Shown here: positions 11,046 to 24,700 of the stretch, in pieces
Numbering within the stretch: the first letter of the stretch is position 1
Layout: every line of letters begins with the position of its first letter
Origin: Fistulifera solaris
Lineage: Eukaryota
NCBI GenBank assembly: GCA_030295235.1
Contig: AP026131.1
Span: forward strand, 1,302,001 to 1,366,000
Direction of reading: 5' to 3'
DNA length: 64,000 nt
Made by a program: the position numbers and the translations under genes
The notes under the pieces: model-generated
What the model was told of the DNA's origin: nothing
The model's database searches: none
The model's input: only the letters and a program-made list of their open reading frames with translations

Positions 11046-14000
11046 TTACGTAGGACGGAATTTCTTTTCTGGTAAAGAATCTGTGGCATCCGTGGATGCT
11101 TTGCGCTTCAGATCCTCCGACGAATCGTTCCTCGACAGATCAATGATTGTCTGTTCAGAAGGGGCGGGCTTTGGTTTGAGGAAATTAAGCATTCCGGTTT
11201 GGTGGGTTTTCGAGCCTGGCTTTGCGTTGCTTTCGGCTTCCGACTGGCGCTGTAATTGAACTTGCTCAAGCCGTTCAAACGACTGTTTGCTCGCATCTAT
11301 TACGTGAAGCTCTCTCGCAAGCTGATTTGCCCGGCGTTGGAGAACCGACTTGGACAGCGAAGACGATTCTATACTTTCCTCGTTCTCTAGAAACAACTGC
11401 AGAAGCGCGTCCGATAAACCTATCTTTGGTATCTGCTTCAACAGCACCGCGTCATTGATGCCAAGCCACCAGTTGGGTTCATCGATGAACTTATCATCAT
11501 TCGCTAAAACTTTGCTTGCGGCCTCGTTCAACCGGCGTGTCAATTCCATGTCCTCATATTTTGCGACCAGCGACCGTATACGAGTTATTGATGATATCTG
11601 GCAATAAATCGTCTCGCACCCCCTGCGGTCCAGCACCGATGAGATTCGAATTTTTCTTCGCTCCTCCTCAGGTACGTCAAGTAGAAAATCGACGGCAGAG
11701 AACCCAAGAGGTCTCCCTGCATCGTCCAGAAGATCCAAGGAAGTTCCCCATTTGATACTTTCTTTGTCAAACCACAACGGAATCTTCGGTCCCAGACCAA
11801 TAAAGGATTGTGGATGTGAATGGTTTGTGAAGCTTGAAACAATGAGCTGACGAAGCTTGACAACGAGCATCATGACCTTCTTGGCGAACGTGTCGGGCTC
11901 AGCAGCATACTCTTGCGCTTGACTTGCAACAGCCTCCATCTCAAGAAAATCAGACTCAATGGTAAGGAGTTCGGAAATATCTTTAGCTTGTTCCTTCGCC
12001 TCTCTTATCTTTCGCTTCAGTTCATTCAGTAAGTCACGGCTTGTCTTCATAAGAATGCTACCAAGATGCTTCCATCCTTCCTCATTTGGGAGTACTTCCG
12101 TCTCCGTGGAACAGTTAATGAATTCAGGGATGCCATGAACACAAAGAATTGACAAGATCAGCGTTTCAGTTTCGGTCAAACAGAGGAAATTGTTGGAAGT
12201 GCCGGGAAACGCCGTAAGCGTATTGCTGTCCTTGCTCAACTTGCGTGCCTTTAGTAAGGACGTTTCACCAGCGGATGAATTCGCAAAGGCAGACCCCGGT
12301 TTTGATGCTTTGGAACCATTCTTTGTTACAAAGGCAAGCTCTGATACTTTTAATGACGGGAAAATTGGATCAGTTGCCTTCTTCGGTTTGATTGGCTCTT
12401 CACCAAGCATAACACGACAGACATTCTTGGCCTGATTTGCTCCCCTTCGACAAGCTTTTCTTTACTAATTCAATTTGATTCATGATTTTTCTCGAATCGG
12501 AACTCACTTCGCTGCCTTTCTCTCTCGCTTGTATCTCAAATGCAAATTTTGCTTCGGCGAAAGCTATTTCGCAAAGGCGGCGCGCTGCTACATTTGTGGC
12601 TGGCATTTTGACAAGGCAGCGGAGAACCTCAGCAAGGAACACGTTGCAGCGGTCGCTCTGATCAAGGACAACAAATGAATGGTTTACTTTTCCAACGGTG
12701 CTTTCATTTTTTAAAGGCGCAACTGAAATTCGACTTAGAACAAGTTTCGCTCTCTTCATCAAGTCTTTCCTGGTCGGCAAATCAGTACCAGGTCCATTTT
12801 CTGGTTGAAATTGCGAGGAATCTACAATCCACGAGCCGGAAGCGCCATCGTCCTTCTGATTTATTAGCCCGTACGTTCGAGCAACCAAGTTTGCGTTGAA
12901 ACCCTTTAGTTCACCCGAATGTAAGCCTTCAGCTTCATTAGTAAGAAAAAGAGCTGCTCTCTTTGCCACTTCAATAATCCTGTGACTTTCGCTTTGGTTT
13001 TGATCAGTCGTTGGTGTTTTCGATTCTTCAGCGTTAAAAGGTGATCCCCATCGTATCAAGGGATCATCAGAAATCGCCCGACAGCATGCTTCGTGTTCGA
13101 TCCAACCATGCTTCCAAATAGCGTATAGAAGAACTGCATCGTGGCGACTATTCCATTGGGGATGTGGCAGCCAAGATTTCTTGTCAATAACAACGATTTT
13201 TTGAAGTCGGTTCATATCAACATCGCCACATTCCGACTTAGACTGGCTTACTACCTTCCAAGCATCGTGCAAAAGCGTGCAACTCGCGAGTAAGCGTTTG
13301 CCGAGCCGCAATTTCTTTGCTGACTTCGGCGGTTCGATTCGGTTATAGACTAGCTGCACTGGTGCATAGTTTTCAAGAAAGGCGCTGATCGACGCAACAC
13401 TGACTGTGTCTTCGCTGAGAAGCAAGTGTTCAGAACGCGCTTGGTCGCTTGACCGTTTCGATTCCGCCTTGCTAGACTCTAGCAGGTCAATGTGGGTGTC
13501 TAACATGCTCAACAGTTCGGGATGGATATTTTTGCCGACCTCAAAACATCCTCGACAGAATTGAACTAGACCGGAACGTGAGGATGCAGATACCAGGTAC
13601 CTTTACTCTCTCTTTTACAATGAGCGACTTACCACTGTTCCAGAGTAAACGTACTTCGTTTGACCAATAGAGCTTCCTTCAGTTTCAACATTCGCAGTCC
13701 ATCCCCGCGTCTTCAATGAAGGCCACACAGACCTCGCAAATTTGGATTGGACATCATTAAGTGTCAGTTCACTCGGAGACGGCTTTCTAAGAATACGGCT
13801 AAGGGTCTTGCTGTCCCTCGGGGAAGAAGTTGATGCGTAGTCTACAGCGTCGCGCACAACTCTCCCAGCCCATGGCGAAACTGACTTCCAAAGATAGCTA
13901 AATGCTTTTTCAATTTCTTCATCTGAAACACTACTCGATCCTTCGTCTTCAAGCATATTCGCTTTGCTTGCCAGTACGCCGCCATTCTGTCTATCTTCCT

Positions 14001-17000
14001 CGTGCGTTTCATCTGCTTTCTGCTTCAAGATCCTTTCGTCTTTCTTCTTCACGCCCTGAGCCTCTTCGTGTGCAGCTTCGATCAAACTCGTGAGAATCAG
14101 CGACCAACTCATTCGCTTGAGCTACCGCCGAAAAGGAAGTGAGTTGAGTTTTGGAGAAAGCAAAGTGGGCCACCAGAGAGATATCCTTACCTCAGCCGAG
14201 TCATATTCTTTTGACAGATTGAGAAGGCGCTCAAATTCCGCCCAGTCTCTCAAGTTGTACCCATAAGAGGATAGAGCTTTAATGAGAAGATCAGCGTCAT
14301 CTTTACTCCAATGGTCAGATTCTGTACCACCCCACTTCAGACGCTCACCCTCAACTCCACTGTTTTCCAATTCTGCGTCACTTCCACCGTCGCCGTCGCT
14401 CTCATCGATGCCCAAAGCCAGTGCTAGGCTCTTTTCGTAAGCGGCATCTGAGTAGTTCGATTTCGTTCTTTGTCGAGGTCCCAAATCAACGTCCATGTCG
14501 GTATTGCTGGATTCCCCAATCATCTTCGTCCAAAAATCAGGATCTTCTATGTCAATGTCTTCATTGTTCCGTTTGTTGGGATCAGGTGACTTAGCCGTGA
14601 CTGTGAACCGTGCCTTTGAAAAAGTTCCACCGGCTGCATTGCTTTGGCTACCAGTGTTTTCATGCACAACCGTGCGACTTCTGCTGTCTAGAATAGCGTC
14701 TATGTCTGATTGGATAAAGTCGTTGGACTCAGCCTCTGCGGTTCCGGCTTTTTCTTCATTGAAAATATCGTAAGCGCCATGACGAAGTAATCTTTCAACC
14801 TCTTCCTTTGACAGTGCGCCCTCGCCAGTGGAGTTGCTTTCGAAGCCCTTTAACACAACTTGATCTAAACCCATTTTTAGGGAACTCATATGAAACATTT
14901 GCATTTCGTAAGTTTTTCTTGTCAGCAACCTGTAGTTTGAACGTTAGAACAGAAGCGCTACATTTCTTGTAACCGAAGACAAATTTTTACCTATAGACTT
15001 TGACCGCTTTTGTTTGCCCGATCCGATGACACCTCGCTTGCGCTTGAAGATCGTTCTGTAAGGGACGAAAGACAAATTGCGTTCAGAAAATGGATATATT
15101 GGAATCACGGCAGAAATCGAGATTTCGTAACGTACCTGTGGGTTAAAGTCGCTATCAAAGATAATCACCGTATCGGCAGCAGTGAGATTAATGCCGACCC
15201 CGCCTGCGCGAGTGGAAAGCATCATAATGAAAGGGAGGTCTTTGCCGTCAGAAGGCGCAGCTTGGAAACGGTCGATGGCTTGCTGCCTTCGGTTGCCAGT
15301 GATGGAACCGTCAATACGCTCATATTTCATGCTGCGTGCATTCAAGTAGTCCTCTAAGATGTCAAGCATTATCTTGAACTGGGAAAATATAAGAACACGA
15401 TGGCCTTCTTCTTTCAGACGCGGCAAGAGCTTGTCAAGCAGGACGAGTTTCCCAGACGCTTTGACCAAGTACTCAACTTCTGATAATTCACGATTTTCTC
15501 TGCGGAATTCTTCCTCCACACCATTCAACAGAAAGAGATGATTGCAGCACTTCCGTAACTCCATGGCTAAATTGTTGAGACCGGGACCATCAAGAGCCTT
15601 CTTTTTGTTCTTATGCAAGAATTTGAGGTTCTTCTCAAAGAGAGCTCTATACCATTGCTTTTGGTCCACTGTCAGTTCTACTTCAATAAGCGTTTCGCTT
15701 TTCTGAGGCACGCTCTTCTCCACATCTTCTTTCAGTCGGCGTAATATGTATGGTCGTATTGTCTCATGAAGCGCATCCACGCTACCCTTGCTCTTCATGT
15801 CCCCGAACTCGTCCATGAATGCATCCTGATCGCCAAACTTTTCCCGGTCAATAAAGTTGAGAAGAGACCAAAACTCTTCCACGGAGTTTTGAATGGGCGT
15901 TCCGGTAAGTAGAAGTCTGCTTGCGAAATCAAATCGCTCGTCGCGCAAATTCAATGCAAGCTTGGAGGATCGGTTTTTGAGTCGGTGTGCCTCATCGACA
16001 ACAACCAGCTCCCATTTGATAGCTGTTAGCTCTACGTAGTCGTCAGCAACGATCATCTCGGGAGTTGTGATGACGACATCTACCATCCACTGACTTTCGA
16101 ACCTATTATTTGACTTGCGCGGGCCGCACCTTCTTAGAAAGAGCTGGTTGAAAGCCACTCCAGCCTGCGGTCTATCACTTTCGTAAGCCATTTCAAACTG
16201 CCTGACCAAGTCGCGATCCGTGGCCGATCCATGGTAAATTATTGTGTTGAGATCCGTCCATGACTGGAATTCTCGGTACCAATGTGAAATGGTTGACAAT
16301 GGAACGACAACGAGCACAGGGCCAATAGCACAAAGCTTTGTCTTCAAAATATTTACAAACGCAGCAGTCTTTTGCGTGAAATTTGACGCAAAACAAAATG
16401 GTGAGTGAAGGGTCACCATCAATTATTTTAAAATGAAATGGTGTACGTACCTGAAGGGTCTATTGATTTAGACAAAAAAAGGAAAGTGAGAGATAAACGA
16501 GATTTGTGTCAACAAACAACCCTAAACCAGACAAGAACGTACCTTGCCGAGACCCATTTCATCGGCCAAGATTGAGGAGCGCTGGTCCAAGTAGTTTAGC
16601 AACATCCACGCGATGCCTTCCGCCTGATAATCTCTCAGTTGTCCGCCATTTTTATAGATTACAGACTGCAGCTCGTTTTGGTATTTTTCGATTTCAGCAG
16701 TTCTTTCTTCTTCATCCTCAATGCCGAAAACATCATTATCCAAGCGGCGGCGTTCTACCTGACCTTTTTGAAAAGGACCTCCATTTCTTTCTTGGACGGC
16801 TTATGGCTTCGTCGGAAGAACGCCTTGACGTGATCCTTGTATTCGACCTCGCACAGTATCAGGTCACGCTCAAATTCATACGTCGCATCCGTATACGGCA
16901 TGTTCTTCCATTTGATTAAAAACTGTCGCCCCGTACCGTTCTCAAAACTTGGATCGCTCTTATCAAACACCATTCCGAACGAGTTTGCGTCGTATTCGTC

Positions 17001-17860
17001 TTCCTTCTCCAAAGTCATCACCACCCGCTCGTAATTATCGGGAAGCGATATATCCAGAATGCGGTCGATTTCGGTAAAAGCGGGGTCAAAGTAATCACCA
17101 TCATTGCGCTCATCGGCCGTAAACAGCAACCCGTGGTGGCTTTTGCGAAAGAATGTCGTCAAATAAGCTTTCGCTCCCTCGACCTGTTCCACCATATCCG
17201 CTTGCGTCTCCCACGATACATGCAGGTACGAAAGATCGGCCCATTTGACCAGAAAGCGTTCCTCGTAAATGTCGTCATCGTTTCCTTCCGACGATTGAAA
17301 CCATCGACTGCCGTAATCAATCTCGGACGTGTTGATGTTGCGACAGATTTCGTTCCATCGGGCGCTCGTTTCGGAACGCGAAGCGAGAATGCGTTGAATT
17401 TTGAGAGGCTCGTTGTCCTCGTCGTCATCCTCCTCGGAGGAAGCGCCGTCCGAGGCTTCCTCGTCTTCCTCTTCGGCGTCGCTGTGCGGGTCCGTCGGAG
17501 GCAAACTTCGTCGACGTTGCACATGACGACGTGCGGGCGACTTGACCGGACTTGCGTTCGTGGGTCGCGCTAATGAGTCCATCGGTTCGGCGAGACTGCT
17601 GGAGAATTTGGTCGAACGAGAGGAAACGCGGCGATTCGTCTTCTCGCGAGATCGTACCGGACGTTCTTCTTCAGAGGAATCGTCGTTGGAGGATGCAATA
17701 TCGATGACTCCGTCATTTTCATTCATACTGTAGGAAGGAGCAGCCTTTCGTCGTGTGCGGCGATTCTGAGGAGAGATAGTTAGCTTATTGCTATTGAAAG
17801 ACATCAACAACTTTAGTAGCGTCTCACCTGGCCATCATTGCCCCCGTCATCTGATGCCAT
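11046..17860 (-). CDS. CHD-family (CHD7/Kismet-like) chromatin remodeller: double chromodomain plus SNF2 ATPase, multi-exon
   Basis: FLVKW and FLIKW chromodomains; [32 protein letters not shown] and [13 protein letters not shown] introns at 17766-17827, 16460-16542, 16369-16450, 15056-15135, 14930-14990, 14122-14190 and 13566-13632. Apparent frameshifts near 16765, 13535 and 12430. Confidence 0.92.
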
Positions 17861-18744
17861 CGTACCGACACTGCTTTGTCACTTGAATACAACTTGATTC
17901 AATCAAGAAATCGTTAAACTATTGATGTAAATTTTGTTTGTAACACACTTTTTATCGGTTCAAAGCGAGTTACTCCGTGATAACAACAACGAGAGTTTCG
18001 GTGCAGCGGCGCACCTTTCACCAGCCAATGCAGGGGTGACCGCGGTGACCGACGGCGGGATATGCTGGCGCGTAAGACGTTAGTTACTTAATCGGTTTAT
18101 TTCCGTTAAGACGCCGGTCGAGTTGAAACGGGCTCCCATTCGGAACGGACGCCTTTTGGTTGAAAATTGAACAAAGTACTCTCTGTCTCTCTTGGAATCT
18201 AACCAGTATTATCCATTATCGACAATCAAGTACCTTGCATACCCATATGGCGCGCCCGGCGGAAATATTGACATAAATGTGGGTACCGGTCAATCTGTCC
18301 TGTGTTCTCATTTGTAGACGGGTCGTACACAATGAAACAGTTCGCATTCTTGCCCATAATGCTAACCACGTTATGAGAACAAGATAGATCCACTATCGTA
18401 TAGGATGTAGGAAGCTGGAATTCTCCGTGGCTCGTCCGCAATCCATCGTGACGACGACAGCAACACACGACACACACGAAGGATGCTCGGCACCGCGTCA
18501 AGAGAGTGTTGCACACGAAGCTACAAAAGCCCCCTCGCGTCGCGCAAAGGGCACTGATTCCGTTCCTTTCTCCGTCAAAGGTATTCTCTAGCTAGCTTAT
18601 TATATATCCACAAAACACCATAACGTCTTAATCGTTTCACAAAAGGAGGTGGAAATCTACAGAAGCTGTTCACTTGAGTAAATATTGCAATCAAATAGGT
18701 TTCAAAGAGTCGGTTCGAGAGATAAAGATACAAAACGCGGAAGG

Positions 18745-20115
18745 ATGGCTGGTTTGAACCATGGCCGCTACGTCACAGAGCTGAGACCGTGTGACGTTTT
18801 GTTTGGACGAGGCTCGGGTCCGAACGATCATGAAGGCAACATTCGCTTTCGTCAACTCGTCGCGGAGCGCAAAAGCGAGTACATGGCGACGAGCCACCGT
18901 GTCACCAAGGCCACCATTGCCAAGGAGATTGTCGATCAAGTGTTTGCCGCGAACGGGAGGTTCATGAAGAAAGTAGAACCGAGCGAGTTAAAAGAAATGG
19001 GTCTCCCGGAAGAAAGCGATGTATGGGAAATTGTAGGAGATGATACAGTGATGGAAAAGGCCAAGCAGGCACTGCGACAGAACAATCAGAAGGGCAAAGA
19101 TCACAGTATTTCACCACTCCGCGCCGGACCGAGAAGCGTTTCTCCGCACAGCGGTACATCGCCACAACGGAATCGTTCTCCCATGGGGCCAAATCGAGTG
19201 AATACAGGTTATCCTTCGAACGTCCGCCAACCGAGTATTAATTTAGAAGAGATTGAGCCGATCCCTCTCAGGCCGCAACCCGGTGACCAGCCGCAGCTAG
19301 TGCAGTCTCGGCTCAACACGCCGCCGTCGTGGGGAAAACAACGAGAATATGCCACTGCCGAGCCACGAAACATGCCGGTCAATGTATCACAGCCACTGTA
19401 CGAAACGAATCTCCCCGACTACGAGATGCCCCGCCGCAGGGCAAAACCGGAAGGTGGAAAACGCGGCAGCATAACCATGCACGAGCTTTCGAAATTCCAT
19501 GAACGTCGACACGCCATTGAAGTACAAGAGATGACAGATTCGTTCAAAAGCATGAAGACTTCGGAGAAGAATTTGGGGATGTTGAGTTCTACGGATACCA
19601 TGGGAACCATTGAACCTATAGGCGGTGTCGGTGATATGAGTATCGGGACGATGGAGAGCTCTACTTTCTCATTCTTTCGAGGAAACGACAGTGTCATAGA
19701 CGATGCGGAATTAGATGAAAAAATTGCTCAGATCGAAGCTCAAGTGGGACAGTACCGAAAACGTTCCGGAAAGACGGGATCCAGTTTCGCTTCCACGGCG
19801 TCGTCACTGCAAAATATGAGCATCGGCAGCCTGGGGACCGACTTTGGATCGGATTTTCGACGGTTATCCGCGTTGAGTATGGGAAGCAACAATTCCGCTC
19901 TCTTCTCCGGCAAGGATTTGGATTTCCTTTCACCATCCGGTGGATATCAGCCGGGTACGGTACCCGAATTGGGGGAGAGTGCCGAAGATTTTGATGACTT
20001 TGAAATAGGTTCATCCTCGCTGTCTCATTTAAAGTCGGCTCTGTCTCTCGACACGAATGGAGTGTCGGAATCGATTCCCCCGACGGAAGATGACGGTTAT
20101 GCCTACGGGAAATGA
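18745..20115 (+). CDS. DUF6824-type domain protein with a long low-complexity C-terminus
   Basis: DVLFGRG...HEGNIRFRQLV...IV...GRF...W...EKAKQALR signature. Confidence 0.85.
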   Translation: MAGLNHGRYVTELRPCDVLFGRGSGPNDHEGNIRFRQLVAERKSEYMATSHRVTKATIAKEIVDQVFAANGRFMKKVEPSELKEMGLPEESDVWEIVGDDTVMEKAKQALRQNNQKGKDHSISPLRAGPRSVSPHSGTSPQRNRSPMGPNRVNTGYPSNVRQPSINLEEIEPIPLRPQPGDQPQLVQSRLNTPPSWGKQREYATAEPRNMPVNVSQPLYETNLPDYEMPRRRAKPEGGKRGSITMHELSKFHERRHAIEVQEMTDSFKSMKTSEKNLGMLSSTDTMGTIEPIGGVGDMSIGTMESSTFSFFRGNDSVIDDAELDEKIAQIEAQVGQYRKRSGKTGSSFASTASSLQNMSIGSLGTDFGSDFRRLSALSMGSNNSALFSGKDLDFLSPSGGYQPGTVPELGESAEDFDDFEIGSSSLSHLKSALSLDTNGVSESIPPTEDDGYAYGK

Positions 20116-20532
20116 ATACGTTTACTTGGATACGTACATACGTAGTGTATAGTTCTATTTTAGCATGTTAGTTTGTGATTCTGTTTTTGCTCTTGAAAAA
20201 CTAGAGTTCGTGAGGGTCTTGTTATGAATTCAAATGGGCTTGCAATTTAGAGATTCCTGGCCTTGGCAACGATCGTTACAATCGTGAATCATCATCAAAT
20301 CGTGACTCATCGATCGTGTTTCGTGTGTCCCACGTAGAAAGTACACCGGTACTGAAAGAGAGTCTCAACTCTACTCAGAAAACGTCATTTATCGCAGAGG
20401 ATCTTTGCGGAAAGACGACGGCGGCAACTCTTTGCACAAACAACGATGTTGCAAATCATCATTATTTTGCTTGACGGTATCGATCTACAAACAGATTCAT
20501 TTCCTCATTTTCCCATCATTTACCTCATTGTA

Positions 20533-21390
20533 ATGTTGTCGCTTGATAACGCAACAAAAAGCGCGCCGGAGACTGCGCACGATACGTTCACGGGAACAAC
20601 GCCCGACGAATTGCCCTGGGACAGCAGTCACCAGGACGATGCCTTTCAAAAAACCATTCTCTTTTTTCAAACCGAAATTGAAGAGTTGGTGACGATGGGT
20701 GTCGAGGCTTTTCATCATTCCGAAAAGGCAGCCCGCGAACTCCAAGCCCTCCGTGAAGAATTGAAGGGCAAACAAGTCGAACTCGAGCGTGTGCGTGGAG
20801 CGGAAGAGAAAAGTCGGACGACCGTGGCGGTACGTAATTGCATGCATTTGTGTGCATTTGGTGATGAAATAACAATTGACGATTGATTCTTATTGATTCG
20901 CTGCTCTTTTCCACAGAATCTCCTGAACGCCCTCGAAGTCTCCCGCGTCCAAGCCGGCGAGGAAGCACGATCCGCCCTGGCCGAAGCCCAAGTACGTGCC
21001 GACGTGAGCGTCTACAAACGACAGCGCGACGAAGCCCACCAAGCCGCGGCCGAATCATCCCGCAAGGTCACCTTGTTGTCGGACGAATTGCACCAAACCA
21101 AGACGCAACTCGCCCGTGTCACGCAAGAAAAAATGAAACTCGATCGGGATCAGCGGGTCGCTCTGTCGATTGCCAAGAGTCTCGACAGTCAAAACGCTGA
21201 CGTGGATTATTACAAACGCAAGGTGACGGAATTGTCGGGCAATTTGCAGTCCATGTACACAACCCTGGCGGAAAAAGATCGTCAATTGGAAAATTTGCGC
21301 AATCAGTTGGAACGTCAAATGAATCAGAATTCGTTGGCGCAGTGGAGCAACGGAGAGTTTGAAAGTTCGCGCAAACGCATGTTTCCGTGA
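20533..21390 (+). CDS. Coiled-coil protein of unknown function; intron 20830-20916
   Basis: Two ORFs joined in frame by an 87-nt GT-AG intron; heptad-rich E/K/Q/R sequence. Confidence 0.75.
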
Positions 21391-21735
21391 GTGTACTGTG
21401 CGCGATCGGCTCTGGGGATTGTTTCTGTTGGCATGATTATTCTTTGGTAGCCTCTAGAGTGTCTAGTTTGTGATGAAGAATGAGAAACAACGCCTTTTAT
21501 TGTTGATTTTGAAATATGTTCTCTAGACTTTTTAATGATGAAATTATACCAGTTGCTCTCCAGCAAAACTTCCAGTAACCTTAGCGTCGCAGGAAGGACG
21601 GACCATGACGGACCATGGACGGACGGTCATTTGAAGCGACCTTGGCGTTTTTTACAACGGTCGACCATGGCGTTCGAACGACGAGAGTCTTGCGATTGAT
21701 TCATTCGTTCCTCACTCCATAGTATCCTTGCAACG

Positions 21736-24700
21736 ATGACACAACCACTGGAATTAGCGCTGATACCTCAGGGTGAATTGCGGACGGCGGCGTCTATAAA
21801 AAGAAGGAAAATCTGACCGAACTGTACGAGCATTATGCGTCACTCTTCCCCAATCCGCATTTGATTCATGAACAACAAGAACGTCGTAAACTGCTCGAAG
21901 CTGTAACAACAGCATCGCAGCAAACACAGGAAACAAAGAAACCATCGGGATGGTTCGGTTTTTGTGGGGACGAAAATCAAAGGAAGATTCAGACGACACA
22001 ACCTCCAACGACGTTTCCTCGCAACTTTGCTATCGAACAGCCAACAACGACGAAGACGCCTTGTTGGGAACCGATTCGCTGGATACATCTTGCATTCCCA
22101 TGGAAGCCCATGCGGCGGCCCGATGGCAATTGACATCTTCCCGCGCACACGCTCCCCTCGTCGTCCGATCGGCGTGGGAACGCCCGGGCGCCCCGCTTTT
22201 GACGATTCTGGATTTTGGGGTGCTCGTGGAACACAAAAACGATACTACGGCTCAAATACAATATACTTCGGATTACGAACGCCTGCAACAACGCAGTGGT
22301 GGTGCGTTGGATTCCATCCGTGCCTGCAGTGTCGGACCGAATCTGTTGGCCGTCGCGTGGGGATACAACGATGTGATACTCTATCGACGACTCGTCGCGG
22401 GGCATTCTGGAAAAGATTGGCAAGCTGTGGCGGTGATACGTCCTTCTCCGGAAGTTTTGGAAGAGTTGGGAGAAGAGGAAGCGTATGTACAAGAGTCGTC
22501 CTTGTTGCGCGTCACCGACCTGGTGCCGTTGGTGGTCGAACAGATGGATCAAATCCCGGCCGTGACGTTGGCGATGGCGCGATTGAGTGGTTTTATCGAG
22601 CTAGTGCCACTGCCTCACGCTTTGTGGTACGGACCCGAGCTCAGCGTCTCGCCACAAACGAATCATAGCAAACTGCCCACCATACAGGCGGCAACGGTCT
22701 TGTCGACGGCCGCGTATCATTTGGATATCATGGCACTGGATGCGTTTCGGACCCGTGTCGAAGAAGATACCGTTTGGGATCAAGAACGGTATCCTCATTC
22801 GCCTCCGGCGGAGTATGTCCTAGCGGCCACCGGCTCCAACGAACAGCAACATCAGGTGGTGACCTTTTGGTCGATCAGTACCGTGCTGGGATCACCCGAG
22901 GCACCCCGTACGATAGGATTCTCCTTGGTGGCACAACTCGCGGACGTTTGGGATTTGGGAACGGCGGGACCGGATATCAGTATCATGGCCACGGAAGGGA
23001 TTCTGCGACACTGGAGGAAGCCACGTACGGTAGAACTCCGCGACGACGACACCGAGTCGAAGGATGAAAGTCAGGACGAAGTGCGCGTCACCACTTTGTC
23101 GCTACCCGCTCCGATCGTATCTCTGCGGTTGCTTTGTGAAACGGATTGTATACGGTTAGCCTTGCTGGATTGGAATAGTGGCGTGACGGTGTTGGACTGT
23201 GATTTGTTGGAACGAAGTGCATCACAGTCGTTGTCCGTCGATGAATACGAGATGGTTCATAGGAATGAAGCGGAGCACCCAGTTCCCTTGGTCCGTTTGA
23301 TCAGTCACCGCAGCTCGGTTTTGGAATCCTTGTGGAATGATCCGCCTCCAACGATTGTGGGCGTCGAGTGGCCCAGTCGTGCTCTGCTCAAGGGCTCGCC
23401 TGTAGATTCCTGCATCATGGCGTTGTCGACGAAGCCATCCGCATTGCATATTGTGCCGATAGGATCGGACCCTTCTTTGCCATGCACGTCCGTAGATATG
23501 CCGGGCGCGGCTGTTTCACGCTTGCATCGACTACCCAGCGGTGGGAAAATTTCTCTGGTCACAACACTTTCCAAGTCAACCTCCAATGGCAACGAACAAG
23601 AAGTACTTTTCGCCAAGCTCGAAGCGCTGGATGCAAAAGAAATTGTACGTGCACTGGCAAGCGAATCAAAATGGCAAGAAGCAATTTCCACATATTCAAC
23701 TATATCAGCAAAAGACCAGCAAGCCGTTGAAGACACTATAGAAGACTGCAGACGGCAGCTTTGGAGATCAAATCGGGATTTTAGTTGTTTGGAAGACATC
23801 AAAGATCCTGAATACGTTTATCAAGAAGCTCTTCGCTTCGGCGACCTGCACACCGATGAATATGATGACTCGGAATTGTTCGAGCAATATCGTCGGGTAC
23901 ACAAAGTATCTCTCGCCAGATTGCTGAAAGAGGATAGAAGTAGCTCAACCTCTCAGCAAATACATGTCATCAGAGAACGGCTAATAATGGCTGGCACGTA
24001 CGAGCTGCTGTGCAGATACATGGGCGTCCCTTCCACTTTTCAACGATTCCATCAAGAGTTTTTGTCGGTAACGCCATCAGAGTTGGCCATTTGCTTTGCT
24101 CAGATGTCGGACATGGTTGCACTCTCTGTGATCTGTTGCAGGCATCACCGCACATGCTTGGACGAATTTGATGTCCTGGATCACATCCCTCTTACGATCC
24201 CAACAGACGAGTATCAACATCTGCTACCGGTCATTAGGGATGACGAGATTTTCTTTTTGAAAATGGCGAATCTATTGTGAGCATTGAGCGGATGCCTGAT
24301 TTCGTGAAAAACCGATTCGAAGTTGATTGTATTCTAGATACCGAAGACGCAAAATTGGTCCTTGAGCATATCATGTTTGATCGAAAGAGCAAGCAAAGCA
24401 AACGTAAAGCCGAAGAGTGGTACCTTGCAAGAACGCACAAAATCAATTCTTTTGTTTCGGCCGTATCAGATCTTAGTTCTTTCACAAGTCTATCAGTAAT
24501 TGCTCTCACGATTGACAAAGAAACAGTTGATACTCCTGCTGCTGGTCGACTACTTTCATTACAGCAAAAATATCGAATCGTGTTCGATATGGCAGTTGAC
24601 GGTTTGTACGATGGAGACTTTGTTAAGAGCATTAACAACCTTCATGATGATTTGGAATGCATGGCTCTGGAAGAACTACTTGGCTTGGTACTGGAAGGAG

